Source: Atribacterota bacterium (GTDB taxonomy: Bacteria > Atribacterota > Phoenicimicrobiia > Phoenicimicrobiales > Stramentimicrobiaceae). From it: 64,000 nt of DNA. This document shows positions 1 to 10,036 of this stretch, piece after piece. Below the pieces are notes generated by a model. It saw nothing but the letters and a program-made list of their open reading frames with translations. It was not told where the DNA came from and did not search any database. Every line of letters begins with the position of its first letter. The first letter of the stretch is position 1. The DNA lies in contig JAXGNR010000010.1 of the NCBI GenBank assembly GCA_040767965.1, forward strand, positions 53,420-117,419. Reading direction: 5' to 3'. The position numbers and the translations under genes were made by a program.

Positions 1-894
1 GCTACCGGTTGGGTGAATGCTACCACTACGATAGCCAGATGGTTTGCAAAAAAAAGAGGTTTAGCCACCGGGATTACCAGCACCGGGGTAGGATTAGGTA
101 GCGCATTGTTTATTCCTCTGGCAACCATAATGGTTGCATCTGCTGGCTGGAGAGCCAGTTATCGGCTTTTTGGAATAGGAGTAATACTAATAATGGTCCC
201 GCTGGGATTTTTTTCTATAAAATCTCCCCAGAATAAACCTGTATTGGCTGCAATGAAACAAGGAGTAAAAGCCAGAAATTTTTCCATTTTAGATGAGAAA
301 AATTCCATAAATTTAAACCAGGCAGCAAAAACGGTCACTTTTCAGATTATGTTTTTAATTCAACTTCTAATGGCCTTTCAGCTAAATGTTGTCATGGTTC
401 ATTTTATACCCTATGCTACAGATATGGGGATTACGCCATTGGTGGCTTCCAGAGATATTGCCCTTTTAAGTATTGTTAGTGTTTTTGGCAGAATGTATGG
501 TGGATGGCTTTCTGATAAAATTGGCAGGAAAACCATAGTAACATTTGCTATGTTAACTCAGGCTATTTCCTGTTTTTTTCTGCTGTTTATAAAAGATTAT
601 ATTTTCCTATACTTATTTATCTATACTTTTGGAATAAGTTATGGTGGATGGGCTTCTCAATCTGCTCCTTTAGCAGCTGACATTTTCGGGAATAAGCATT
701 TTGGTACAATCTGGGGGATTATTACCCTGGCTATTGGTTTGGGTGGAGCAATAGGTCCACTATTGGCAGGTTGGATTTATGATTTTACAGGAAATTACAT
801 TGCTATTTTTTCTTTTAATGTTTTTATAAACCTGTTATCTTTCATTTTATCGATAATTTTTATTAAACCTTTATTATTGAAAGATAATAATTAG
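1..894 (+). CDS. MFS transporter (OFA/MCT-like), 5'-truncated by the window edge
   Basis: Hydrophobic helices; motifs WFAKKRGLATGI and GWLSDKIGRK (MFS motif A); reading frame runs off the window start. Confidence 0.85.
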   Translation, partial: ATGWVNATTTIARWFAKKRGLATGITSTGVGLGSALFIPLATIMVASAGWRASYRLFGIGVILIMVPLGFFSIKSPQNKPVLAAMKQGVKARNFSILDEKNSINLNQAAKTVTFQIMFLIQLLMAFQLNVVMVHFIPYATDMGITPLVASRDIALLSIVSVFGRMYGGWLSDKIGRKTIVTFAMLTQAISCFFLLFIKDYIFLYLFIYTFGISYGGWASQSAPLAADIFGNKHFGTIWGIITLAIGLGGAIGPLLAGWIYDFTGNYIAIFSFNVFINLLSFILSIIFIKPLLLKDNN

Positions 895-983
895 ACAGAT
901 ATTTTAAAAAAACGGTTATTGCAAATCAAAAAACTGGCGGGTAAGTAAGTAATATTTAATAATTTCTTTGCCTGTCAGTCTTT

Positions 984-2381
984 TTAATCCTCTAACATTT
1001 CAAATAAATTATTTAATGCTTCAGATATGCTGGGATGTGCAAAAATAGCATCTCTGAGTTCTGTATATGGTAATTTGCCCATCATGGCAACCTGTAAAAT
1101 TGCCATAATCTCTCCACCTTCAATACCTAAAATAGCAGCACCCAGGATTTGCTTGCTGGATGAATCAACAAGAACTTTCATTAAACCTGCAGTTTCTCCT
1201 GTCTCGATAGCTCTGGCAACCCAGCTCATGGGCATTTTAGCTACCTGGTAATCATATCCCAGATCCTTTGCCTTTTTTTCAGTTAAACCAATCCGGCCAA
1301 GCTGAGGATCAATAAATACTACATAAGGCAATAATCTGCCAGTGGTGTGGGTATTTTTTTTATGCAAGATGTTATTTGTGATTATTCTGAAATCGTCATA
1401 AGAAATATGAGTAAATTTCGGCCCTCCGTTAACATCACCAATAGCGAAGATGCCTGGAACTATAGTTTCCAAAGAGATATTTACTGGAATAGATCCATCC
1501 TTGGCTGTTTTTATGCCAGTTGCGTTAAGGTCCAGGGCGGATGTATTGGGTATTCTGCCGGTTGCCACCAGAAGGTGTGTTCCTTCAACTATCTTCTCTT
1601 TCTTTTTTTCCTTCAATATTAGTGAAATTTTCTTTTTTTCAGATGAATTAACTTTAATAACTTCTGTTTCCAGATGGATTGATAAACCTTCTTTTTGGAG
1701 TATTGAAGAAATCTCCTGAGATATATCTTTGTCTTCATTAGGAAGAAGTTGACTATTCCTTTGGATAATAGTAACTTTACTGCCAAAACGATTGAACATT
1801 TGTCCGAACTCCAAACCAACATATCCACCACCAATTATTAAAAGATGCTCTGGTATGCTGGTAAGTTCCATTATTGCTGTAGAATCCAGATATTTAACAT
1901 TAGCAAGGCCATCGATTTCAGGTATTGCAGGGCTGGTTCCGGTATTGATAATAATTTTTTCTGCTTTCAAGTATTTCTTTTCCTGATTTTGTAAAGAGAC
2001 TACAATTTCTTTTTTCCCGATAAAAGATGCCTCTCCTTCTATAAAAGATAGCCCGGAGGTTGATAATAACTGGTTTTTACTGCCATCACGGAAGCTATCT
2101 ACTATTTCTTGTTTGCGCTGCACTATTTTAGATAAATCAATTGACTTCAGAGTGAGGTTGATTCCATAGTTTTCTGCCTGTTTTATTAGATAAGCAATTC
2201 TTGCAGAAGCAATCATGGTTTTGGTGGGGGTACACCCATAATTAATACAGGTACCACCGACATGATTTCGCTCTACTAAAGCAACTTGCCAACCTGCTTT
2301 AGCTAGAGTAGTAGCCAGTGGAGTTCCGCCTTGTCCGGCACCTATAATGATAGCATCAAAGTTTTTAAAATCTTTTACCAT
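984..2381 (-). CDS. Class I pyridine nucleotide-disulfide oxidoreductase (mercuric reductase/RclA/LpdA-like)
   Basis: GAGQGG FAD motif, GGTCINYGCTPTK redox disulfide, GGGYVGLE, C-terminal HPSISE; no MerA C-terminal Cys-Cys. Confidence 0.85.
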   Translation of the reverse strand: MVKDFKNFDAIIIGAGQGGTPLATTLAKAGWQVALVERNHVGGTCINYGCTPTKTMIASARIAYLIKQAENYGINLTLKSIDLSKIVQRKQEIVDSFRDGSKNQLLSTSGLSFIEGEASFIGKKEIVVSLQNQEKKYLKAEKIIINTGTSPAIPEIDGLANVKYLDSTAIMELTSIPEHLLIIGGGYVGLEFGQMFNRFGSKVTIIQRNSQLLPNEDKDISQEISSILQKEGLSIHLETEVIKVNSSEKKKISLILKEKKKEKIVEGTHLLVATGRIPNTSALDLNATGIKTAKDGSIPVNISLETIVPGIFAIGDVNGGPKFTHISYDDFRIITNNILHKKNTHTTGRLLPYVVFIDPQLGRIGLTEKKAKDLGYDYQVAKMPMSWVARAIETGETAGLMKVLVDSSSKQILGAAILGIEGGEIMAILQVAMMGKLPYTELRDAIFAHPSISEALNNLFEMLED

Positions 2382-2558
2382 TTGTTTAACCTCCTTCTGG
2401 GAGATGGTTTTTTGGAAGGAATACTTTTTCTTTATCTTTAATATTTGAGAGAATTATTAACTGCATAATATCATGCAATAATAAAAATGGTCAAATATCA
2501 TAGTTGAATTTACAGGATGATTTGTTGACAGATTTATTAAAAAACACGAAAAGTGAAT

Positions 2559-3536
2559 TTACCCTACAATTCCAAAAGTGAACAGGATATAAAAAGAATA
2601 GGCAAATAATAAAATAAAACCATACCGCCTCTTAAAATATTTATGACTGAAAAAGGAAAAACTTATTGTTGCAAATACAATCATTAAACCAAAGGGCAAA
2701 TGTATATTTAATACTTTCGAATCAATAGAAATAGGGAAAACGGTTGCTGAAGCTGCTATAACCAGTATTATATTTAAAATATTTGCCCCTAAAATATTGC
2801 CCATGGAAATATCCTGGGCTTTTTTGCGCAAAGCGGTTATTGCTGTCATTAATTCTGGTAGAGAAGTTCCCAAAGCAGTCATTGTTAAACCTATTACTAT
2901 ATCCGGAACTCCTATAAGTAAAGCTATTTTCTCACCATTTGCTACAAGCAGACGAGAACCGGTTATGGTTAAGGAAAGGCCAATTACAAATGAAGTGATA
3001 ATAAACAAAATTGTTTTATAATCTTTTTTACAAAATTGAGATTCTATATTTTGACTTGTTTTGGCATTAAAAAGAAGACTTTCTCTAATATTTTGTATTA
3101 TATACAGAATCAGAATCCCAAATAAGAAAAAGCTGGTAGATTTAGATATTTCTCCATACTTCAAGCCTAGAAGAAAAACCAATACTAAAAGAGAAGTCAA
3201 TAAAATTCCCTTTTGCTGAAATGATTTTTTTTCTTTAAACTCAGGCCTGGAGATAATTATAACCATAGCTAGAATTAAACCGGTATTACAGATAATTGAA
3301 CCCAGAGCATTGCCTAAGGCAATATTTGAATTTTGTTGAGCAGATGCGCTTACAGATACCATTAACTCTGGAAGGGTAGTACCAACACTGACCAGGGTAG
3401 CGCCAATAATCAAATCAGGGATTCTGGTTACTCTGGCAATCCAGATCACAGAATCTATAAACAGATCACTCCCTTTAATAATCATTATCAAACCAATTAG
3501 AAAGAATGAAAATGGCATTATATTTGTTAATGTCAT
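2559..3536 (-). CDS. Ca2+/cation antiporter (YrbG/NCX family), probably a Mn2+ exporter
   Basis: Two alpha repeats GTTLPEL and GTSLPEL, plus GNALGS and GNILGAN; about 10 TM segments. Confidence 0.9.
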   Translation of the reverse strand: MTLTNIMPFSFFLIGLIMIIKGSDLFIDSVIWIARVTRIPDLIIGATLVSVGTTLPELMVSVSASAQQNSNIALGNALGSIICNTGLILAMVIIISRPEFKEKKSFQQKGILLTSLLVLVFLLGLKYGEISKSTSFFLFGILILYIIQNIRESLLFNAKTSQNIESQFCKKDYKTILFIITSFVIGLSLTITGSRLLVANGEKIALLIGVPDIVIGLTMTALGTSLPELMTAITALRKKAQDISMGNILGANILNIILVIAASATVFPISIDSKVLNIHLPFGLMIVFATISFSFFSHKYFKRRYGFILLFAYSFYILFTFGIVG

Positions 3537-3562
3537 AAAAACCCTACCTATAATATAATATT

Positions 3563-3612
3563 AAATAAAAAAGACTTTTATCTATAGAATTAATGACTAT
3601 AGATAAAAGTCT
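3563..3612 (-). terminator. Intrinsic terminator of the riboswitch expression platform
   Basis: Perfect 16-bp stem AGACTTTTATCTATAG (3572-3587 vs 3597-3612) followed by a U-tract on the minus strand. Confidence 0.85.
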
Positions 3613-3717
3613 CGCTATCATAATTATATGAAAATCTGACCGGGCTTTAAAATCTTAGCCGTGTTGACGATCAGATTAATGGCTTATAAAGTTAAGTCAC
3701 CAGCTACTCCCTTTTAT
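3603..3717 (-). ncRNA. yybP-ykoY manganese riboswitch
   Basis: Minus strand reads AUAAAAGGGAGUAGC...CGUCAACACGGC...GCCCGGU...GCGAGACUUUUAU, matching the yybP-ykoY hallmarks; P1 3' strand overlaps the terminator. Confidence 0.88.
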
Positions 3718-3727
3718 ACTGAATCGT

Positions 3728-3756
3728 ATTATATTATGAAACGTAGAAAAAGGCAA
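3728..3756 (-). promoter_or_regulatory. Sigma70-type promoter for the riboswitch/antiporter transcript
   Basis: Minus strand TTGCCT-N17-TATAAT about 10 nt upstream of the aptamer. Confidence 0.7.
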
Positions 3757-3953
3757 TACCAGTATGATGATTGTTGTGATTAATTTGTGATAATGTCACC
3801 TTATTAATTATCTTGATAAAATGTGTCTACTTGCTAATATGCTGATAAGCTTTATAAATGGTATAATAAAAATAGAAATTCATAAATAAAACACGAGAAA
3901 AAATGCTAATGTTTTGTTAATGGTTATTTATAGATAGAAAAGGAGTTACTATT

Positions 3954-5075
3954 ATGAAAACTAATTTACATGAGTTATTTAGCTTTGGTCAAAGCCCGTG
4001 GTTGGATTATATCAGCAGAAAAATTATTGATAATGGACATTTACAAAAGATGATAGACAAAGGGATTGTGGGAGTAACTTCTAATCCCACCATTTTTGAA
4101 AAGGCAGTATCTGCAGGTAATGACTATGAGTCTATGCTTGAGAATCTTACTCAAAAAGGAAAAAGTAAGGAAGAAATTTATGATAATATAACTATAAGAG
4201 ATGTTCAGGATGCCTGTGATTTGTTTATGCCAGTGTACCGGAAAACCAACTGCAAAGACGGATATGTAAGTTTAGAAATTAATCCACAGCTGGCTTATGA
4301 CACAAATAGGTCAGTTGAAGAGGCTGAAAGGCTGGTCCAGATAGTCGACAGACCTAATTTAATGATTAAGGTTCCTGCTACAGAAGAAGGCTATCCGGTA
4401 ATTGAAACCTTGCTTAGCCAGGGGATAAATGTTAATGTTACTCTTATTTTTTCTCTTGATCAGTACAGGAAAAGTGCTGATGCTTATCTTTCAGGGATAG
4501 AAAAGGCTTTTTTAAAAAGAAAAGACTTAAGTAAAATAAATTCAGTAGCAAGCGTTTTTGTTAGCCGTGTTGATAGCTTGATAGATTCATTATTAGAAAA
4601 AGAGATCAATAAATCAGATAATGAAAGAGAAAAGAGCGAGCTAAAAAGCTTAATGGGTAAATCTGCTATTGCAAATAGTCAGCTAATTTATAAAGAGAAT
4701 AAAAAAATATTTTCTTTACCTCGCTTTCAGGAGATGACAAAAAATAATGCCAATAAACAGCGTGTATTATGGGCTTCCACCAGCACTAAAAATCCTAATT
4801 ATTCTGATGTGAAATACGTTAAAGAGCTTATCGCTCCGGAAACTGTAAATACAATGACTGAAGATACTATCGAAGCATTTATTGATCATGGAAAAGTAGA
4901 AATTGCTATAACAGACAATGTTGTTGCAGCTGAACAGGTAATCTCCAATTTAAAAGAGAGAAAAATTTTTATTGATGAAATCTGTCAACATCTATTGGAA
5001 GATGGAGTTAAGAAATTTATTGATTCATTTCAATCTTTACTGGAAGCTATTGAGAAAAAAAAGGAATCATTTTAA
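3954..5075 (+). CDS. tal: Transaldolase (long type)
   Basis: SPWLD, GVTSNPTIF, Schiff-base MIKVPAT, VNVTLIFS, SVFVSR, LWASTSTK. Confidence 0.93.
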   Translation: MKTNLHELFSFGQSPWLDYISRKIIDNGHLQKMIDKGIVGVTSNPTIFEKAVSAGNDYESMLENLTQKGKSKEEIYDNITIRDVQDACDLFMPVYRKTNCKDGYVSLEINPQLAYDTNRSVEEAERLVQIVDRPNLMIKVPATEEGYPVIETLLSQGINVNVTLIFSLDQYRKSADAYLSGIEKAFLKRKDLSKINSVASVFVSRVDSLIDSLLEKEINKSDNEREKSELKSLMGKSAIANSQLIYKENKKIFSLPRFQEMTKNNANKQRVLWASTSTKNPNYSDVKYVKELIAPETVNTMTEDTIEAFIDHGKVEIAITDNVVAAEQVISNLKERKIFIDEICQHLLEDGVKKFIDSFQSLLEAIEKKKESF

Positions 5076-5285
5076 TAAACTACTATTGATATAGCTTTTG
5101 TTTTTTCTAAGGTTATTTGTAATACATAAACCAGGAGTAACATGAAAAGTATGTTTGAAAAAATTATTGAATGAAAAATTAAAAAATTTGTCAAATTACT
5201 TTTGTTCAATATAGAAATTATTTAAAAGATGTTATAATATTTTTTTACCTATTAAAATAGAAAAAATTCTAGGAGGTTTTGCAAT

Positions 5286-5678
5286 ATGGATGAGTTTTAT
5301 TATCCTGATATAAATCGTTCAGCATTAATTGTGAAAGTTAAAAAGCCTTTTCTTGATTGGCTAATATATACCAGCAAGGAATACGACCCTCCTGAAGATG
5401 AATTAGACCCTAATTTATTAAAAACGGAAGGATTTGATTCCAAATTCGTATATCTTATTCCAATATATGATGATATGGACAGTTATGAAAAATTCTTAAA
5501 AGAAAACTATAAAGAAATTTTCGAGCATGAATTAAGTGGTTGGTATACTGATCCTAAAATGTGGCCTAAAAACAGATCATGGAAAGTATTTCAAGAATGG
5601 TTTGAATATGAAATTCAGTCAATGGTTTTTGATATGGTGAAAAATGAATCTTTAAATTACTTAGACTATGATGAGTAA
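5286..5678 (+). CDS. Conserved hypothetical acidic protein
   Basis: 130-aa ORF with GGAGG RBS; INRSALIVKVKKPFLDW...FEHELSGW...WP..RS...F.EWF pattern of a widespread uncharacterised family. Confidence 0.7.
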   Translation: MDEFYYPDINRSALIVKVKKPFLDWLIYTSKEYDPPEDELDPNLLKTEGFDSKFVYLIPIYDDMDSYEKFLKENYKEIFEHELSGWYTDPKMWPKNRSWKVFQEWFEYEIQSMVFDMVKNESLNYLDYDE

Positions 5679-5826
5679 GTTTTCAATGATAATATATTAA
5701 TTTACCTGGTGAAATATCCATTAAAATCTAAAGCCAAGAAAAACTCTGCTTCTTTAAGTATTAAATGACACCCGATTTACAATGAATAATATATATTAAA
5801 AAAATTGAAGAAAAAGAATAATTGCA

Positions 5827-5878
5827 TTGACAAAAATTAATTTTTATTTTAGTATAAATACTACTAAAACAATAGTAT
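5827..5878 (+). promoter_or_regulatory. Promoter TTGACA-N17-TAGTAT with adjacent palindromic operator ATACTACTAAAACAATAGTAT
   Basis: -35 at 5827-5832, -10 at 5850-5855, operator at 5858-5878; a near-identical operator lies at 8643-8663. Confidence 0.7.
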
Positions 5879-5901
5879 TACTAGTAAAAAAGAGGTTTTA
5901 A

Positions 5902-6327
5902 ATGAGACTTTCAACTCGTGCAAGATATGGTACCAGGCTAATGGTTGAATTAGCATTAAATTACAGTAAAGGATTGATCTTTTTAAAAGATATCGCGGAA
6001 GAAGAAGAAATATCTGAAAAATACTTAAGCCATCTTGTTATACCTTTGAAGGCAAGAGGATTAATATCTTCTTCCCGGGGAGCCCATGGAGGGTATAGAC
6101 TGGCAAAACATCCTGTAGAAATTACCGTTAAAGAAATAGTGCAGACTTTAGAAGGAAATATTAGTCCTGTAGAATGTGTAGCAAATCCTTCAATTTGCAA
6201 AAGGATTTCAACCTGTAAAACACATGAAGTGTGGGATATACTGGATCAAAAAATAACTGAAACGCTTAATTCAATTACCCTAAGTGACTTGATTGATAAT
6301 AAAAAACAAGCAAATACAAGCAAATAA
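5902..6327 (+). CDS. Rrf2-family transcriptional regulator (IscR/CymR-like)
   Basis: MRLSTRARYG, ISEKYL, SSRGAHGGYRLA; three Cys in ECVANPSICKRISTC. Confidence 0.92.
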   Translation: MRLSTRARYGTRLMVELALNYSKGLIFLKDIAEEEEISEKYLSHLVIPLKARGLISSSRGAHGGYRLAKHPVEITVKEIVQTLEGNISPVECVANPSICKRISTCKTHEVWDILDQKITETLNSITLSDLIDNKKQANTSK

Positions 6328-6396
6328 TTGAAGATTGATCTTACCTGAATTGGAATCAATTTTTTAGAATATTTATCTTGAGGAGAATAATTCAAA

Positions 6397-7581
6397 ATGA
6401 ACAATAGATTAGTTTACATGGATAATAATGCCACTACTCCCTTACATCCTCTGGTAAAGGAAGAGATGATAAAAACTATGGAAATATTTGGTAATCCCTC
6501 AAGTCTGCATCAATTTGGAAGACTTGCCAAGCAAAGGGTTAAAGAAGCAAGGACAGCCATTGCCTCCTTTGTTGGCAGCAAACCTGAAGAAATTATCTTC
6601 ACTGGATCAGGATCTGAAGCAAATAATACAGTGTTATCAATAATAGCTTGCTCTTCTACTCAGTGTGATTGTTCTGGAGCAGGCAAATACCATAAAATTA
6701 TCACTACAAACATAGAGCACCCTTGTGTTTTAGAAACAGCCAGATGTATTGCAGAAAGAAATATTCCGGTAAAACTTTTAGAAGTAGATAAATATGGAAA
6801 AATCAAGCTGGAAGAATTAGAAAAAGAACTTAAAAAAAGCCCTGCTTTAGTTTCAATTATGGCAGCTAATAATGAAATAGGTACTGTTCAGGATATTAAG
6901 CAAATTGCCGATTTGACACACCAATATGGAAGTTTGTTTCATACTGATGCTGTACAGGCAGTAGGCAAAATACCTATGGATGTTAATGATTTGGGAGTAG
7001 ATTTTCTTTCAATGTCTGCTCATAAGGTATATGGCCCAAAAGGGATTGGGGCATTATATGTACGGAAAGGAACTCCTTTCTGCCCGTTAATCAGGGGAGG
7101 GCACCAGGAAAGCGGACGACGTGCTGGTACAGAAAATACTTTAGGCATTATAGCATTTGGGAAAGCTATAGAGTTGAGAAAAAAAGAAATGTCTTCTGAA
7201 CATGATCTTTTATTAAAATTTAAAGAAAAAATAAAGAGTCAATTGAAAAATAAAATAGATCATATCTATTTTAATGGGCATCCTCAAAATAGTTTGCCCA
7301 ATACCTTAAATGTTTCTTTTCCAGGCGCAGAAGGTGAGGCAATTTTATTATATCTGGATTTAGCAGGAATAGCAGTATCCACCGGTTCAGCCTGTGCTTC
7401 TGGTTCATTAGATCCTTCTCATGTTTTATTAGCTACCGGGACACCTATAGAATATGCTCATGGATCTATCAGGATAAGTATGGGTAGGGATACAACCCTG
7501 GAAGATGTTGATTATTTGATAGAGACATTACCGGAAGTAATTACTAAAATTAGAAAAATGTCCACTATGAAGACAGGTTAA
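6397..7581 (+). CDS. iscS: Cysteine desulfurase (IscS/NifS)
   Basis: YMDNNATT, HTDAVQ, SAHKVYGPKG (PLP Lys), STGSACASG (catalytic Cys). Confidence 0.95.
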   Translation: MNNRLVYMDNNATTPLHPLVKEEMIKTMEIFGNPSSLHQFGRLAKQRVKEARTAIASFVGSKPEEIIFTGSGSEANNTVLSIIACSSTQCDCSGAGKYHKIITTNIEHPCVLETARCIAERNIPVKLLEVDKYGKIKLEELEKELKKSPALVSIMAANNEIGTVQDIKQIADLTHQYGSLFHTDAVQAVGKIPMDVNDLGVDFLSMSAHKVYGPKGIGALYVRKGTPFCPLIRGGHQESGRRAGTENTLGIIAFGKAIELRKKEMSSEHDLLLKFKEKIKSQLKNKIDHIYFNGHPQNSLPNTLNVSFPGAEGEAILLYLDLAGIAVSTGSACASGSLDPSHVLLATGTPIEYAHGSIRISMGRDTTLEDVDYLIETLPEVITKIRKMSTMKTG

Positions 7582-7591
7582 GGAGAAAACA

Positions 7592-8212
7592 ATGAGCAGT
7601 CAAGTTGATTGGGTTTATTCAGAAAAATTAAAAGAGCACTTTATTAATCCGCGTAATATCTTAGAGGACGAAGACTCCTACCATGATGACGGAAAAGGGA
7701 TTGTTGGAAATATGAAGTGTGGAGATCAGATGTTGGTTGTTATCAAGGTAGATAAAGAAAAAGGAATTATATCTGATTGCAAATGGAAAACATATGGTTG
7801 TGCCAGTGCTATTGCCAGCACTTCCATTTTGTCAGAGATGGTCAAGGGAATGACTTTAGAACAGGCATACCATCTTTCACCCAAGGATATAGCCAAAGAG
7901 TTAGGCGGATTGCCTGAAAACAAAGTGCATTGTTCTGTATTAGGAGATAAGGCCTTAAGAGCAGCAATTAATGATTATTATAAAAGAAACGGAATGCATG
8001 ATAAAATTAAAACTGAAGAAGCCAGAGTAGTTTGTCATTGCATGAATGTAACTGATGAAGAGATTGAAGATGCAGTTTTAGAAGGTGCACGTAGCTATAT
8101 TGAAATTCAGGAAAGAACAAAGGCCGGAACAGTATGCGGTCAATGCAAAGATGATATCTTAAGATTGTTAGATAAATATACAAAAGAACATTTTGGAGAA
8201 AATAAAAAATAA
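7592..8212 (+). CDS. nifU: Fe-S scaffold IscU/NifU with C-terminal BFD-like [2Fe-2S] domain
   Basis: GNMKCGD, YGCASA, KVHCS; C-terminal VCHC...CGQC. Confidence 0.9.
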   Translation: MSSQVDWVYSEKLKEHFINPRNILEDEDSYHDDGKGIVGNMKCGDQMLVVIKVDKEKGIISDCKWKTYGCASAIASTSILSEMVKGMTLEQAYHLSPKDIAKELGGLPENKVHCSVLGDKALRAAINDYYKRNGMHDKIKTEEARVVCHCMNVTDEEIEDAVLEGARSYIEIQERTKAGTVCGQCKDDILRLLDKYTKEHFGENKK

Positions 8213-8232
8213 AATAAAAAGGAGGTGATAAT

Positions 8233-8427
8233 ATGGTTGTTGATCCGGTTTGCAAAATGGAAGTAGATAAGCAGACTTGCAAGTATAAAAGTGAATATAA
8301 AGGAAAAACCTATTATTTCTGTGCTCCAGGATGCAAAATGGACTTTGACGAAAATCCTGAAAAATACCTGCAATCTTCAGGGAAACCAGAGAAAAAAAAT
8401 GAGATGCCACCCTGGGGTGTTTGCTAG
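8233..8427 (+). CDS. YHS-domain small protein
   Basis: DPVCKMEV...YKGKTYYFCAPGCK...F..NPEKY; AAGGAGG RBS. Confidence 0.85.
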   Translation: MVVDPVCKMEVDKQTCKYKSEYKGKTYYFCAPGCKMDFDENPEKYLQSSGKPEKKNEMPPWGVC

Positions 8428-8642
8428 AGATATAGGTAAGTTTTGAAAAGTATTCATAGAAACAGGAAAAATTTCTTTTATCTTGAATTTTTCTGATTCG
8501 GTATCCATTAATAATAGAAAAAATACATTCTAAATTTGCAGAAAAGAAGCAGCCCAATGGATACCGGAAAATATTAATTTACATTAGACATAAAAAACAT
8601 TTAGTGGTTTAATTTTAAGGCCACTATTTTTATTTATTTTAT

Positions 8643-8663
8643 ATACTACTAATATAATAGTAT
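8643..8663. promoter_or_regulatory. Second copy of the putative Rrf2 operator, upstream of cysK
   Basis: ATACTACTAATATAATAGTAT, 19/21 identical to 5858-5878, ATACTA...TAGTAT dyad. Confidence 0.65.
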
Positions 8664-8797
8664 AAGTAGTGAATGAAATTGTAATTAAAATAATACATCA
8701 ATTCAGGTCAGAAAAATATTTAAAAAGTTTTAGTAATCATTAATTAATATTTATTTGATATTTGAATTGTTTTTGCAAATAAGGAGAAGAGAAGAAG

Positions 8798-9736
8798 ATG
8801 GTTAAAATTGCCAGTGATATAACTGAACTGATTGGGCATACTCCATTAATTAGTTTAAATAGAATAACTGAAAACACTGAGATAAAGATTATTGCAAAAC
8901 TGGAATTTTTCAATCCGGGAGGCAGTATAAAAGACCGAATTGGTTTACATGATAGTAGCTGCAGAAAAACAGGGAAGTGTTTTAAAAAGATTCTGTAATT
9001 GTTGAGCCAACCAGTGGGAATACACAGGAACTGTAACTTTGGCTTTTGTTTGTGCAGTTAGAGGATACAAATTGATTCTTACCATGCCGGAGACAATGAG
9101 TGTTGAGTGAAGAAAATGCTGGAAATATTTGGGGCTGAGATTGTTTTAACTCCAGGGAATGAAGGCATGCAGGAGTCATCAGTAAAGCAGAAGAGATTGT
9201 CAGAAGAATCCACAATCTTTTATGCCTCAGCAATCAATAATCCTGCTAATCCTGAAATTCATCAAAGAACCACCGTGATTGGAAATCTGGGAAGACACAG
9301 AGGGCCATAAGATATCCTGGTTTCTGGAGTGGGAACAGAGGAAATAATAACTGGGATATCCTTGCAATCAAAAAGATGAAATCATCAGTTAAAACAATTG
9401 CAGTCGAACCTGCGAATTCTCCCTGTCTTTTCCGGCGGAGAGCCTGGTGTATACATAAAATTCAGGTATTGGTGCTGGTTTTGTAAGCCAGCTATTCTAG
9501 ACAGAAGTATTATTGATGAAATAATCAAAGTTACTGATTTATGTAGCTTTAATTTAGTGCTGTACACTTGCGAAAGAGGAAGCGAATTTTACAGGTATAT
9601 CTGCAGGTGCAGCAGTCTGGGCAGCACTAAAGATAGCCAGCAGGAAAGAAAATAAAGAAAAACAACTTCAGAAACATTCTTCCGGAGGCCCCATATGGTC
9701 TTTGCTTGTCTTTCAACTGAGCTTTTTCAAGACTAA
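8798..9736 (+). pseudogene. cysK: Cysteine synthase A, multiply frameshifted (pseudogene or sequencing errors)
   Basis: LIGHTPLI, AKLEFFNPGGSIKDRIG, EPTSGNT, NPANPEIH, AVEP fragments in shifting frames; ends TELFQD*. Confidence 0.8.
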
Positions 9737-9774
9737 AAAGATAGTTGTAAAGATAGTTGGGTCTATAATTGAAA

Positions 9775-10020
9775 AATAACATTCAACTATAGAATAGTCT
9801 GATCAATCAGGATAGTCAAACAACTTTCTTTGTGCCAGAATAATACATATGGCCGAAGGAGCATTTGTGGCTTTTGGGGTTTGTCCAAAGACAACTTGTT
9901 TGTCTTAGGTGACTCGATCTGAACTGCCGGATGTTCCTCGGCCTCCTGTATAAGTCTAATGGGAAGATGCCTTTAAAGTGGCTATTATAGACGCGATAAT
10001 ACAGGAGGCCAGGCCACAAA
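9775..10020 (+). ncRNA. Putative IS110 bridge RNA (target-binding and donor-binding loops); boundaries approximate
   Basis: Stem GGCCTCCTGTAT/ATACAGGAGGCC encloses ATGGGAAG (same as right-end sequence) and ATTATAGAC (reverse complement of left end GTCTATAAT); stem GGAGCATTTG/CGGATGTTCC encloses TTGGG and TGAAC, matching the insertion flanks. Confidence 0.75.
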
Positions 10021-10036
10021 ACAGGAGGAGAAGAAA

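Noticed and set aside
984-2381. merA mercury-resistance call
   Set aside because: No C-terminal Cys pair, no HMA domain and no mer operon
9105-9112. In-frame TGA in cysK as possible selenocysteine
   Set aside because: Falls at a position normally Arg (MSVERRK) in a gene with many indels; no SECIS evident
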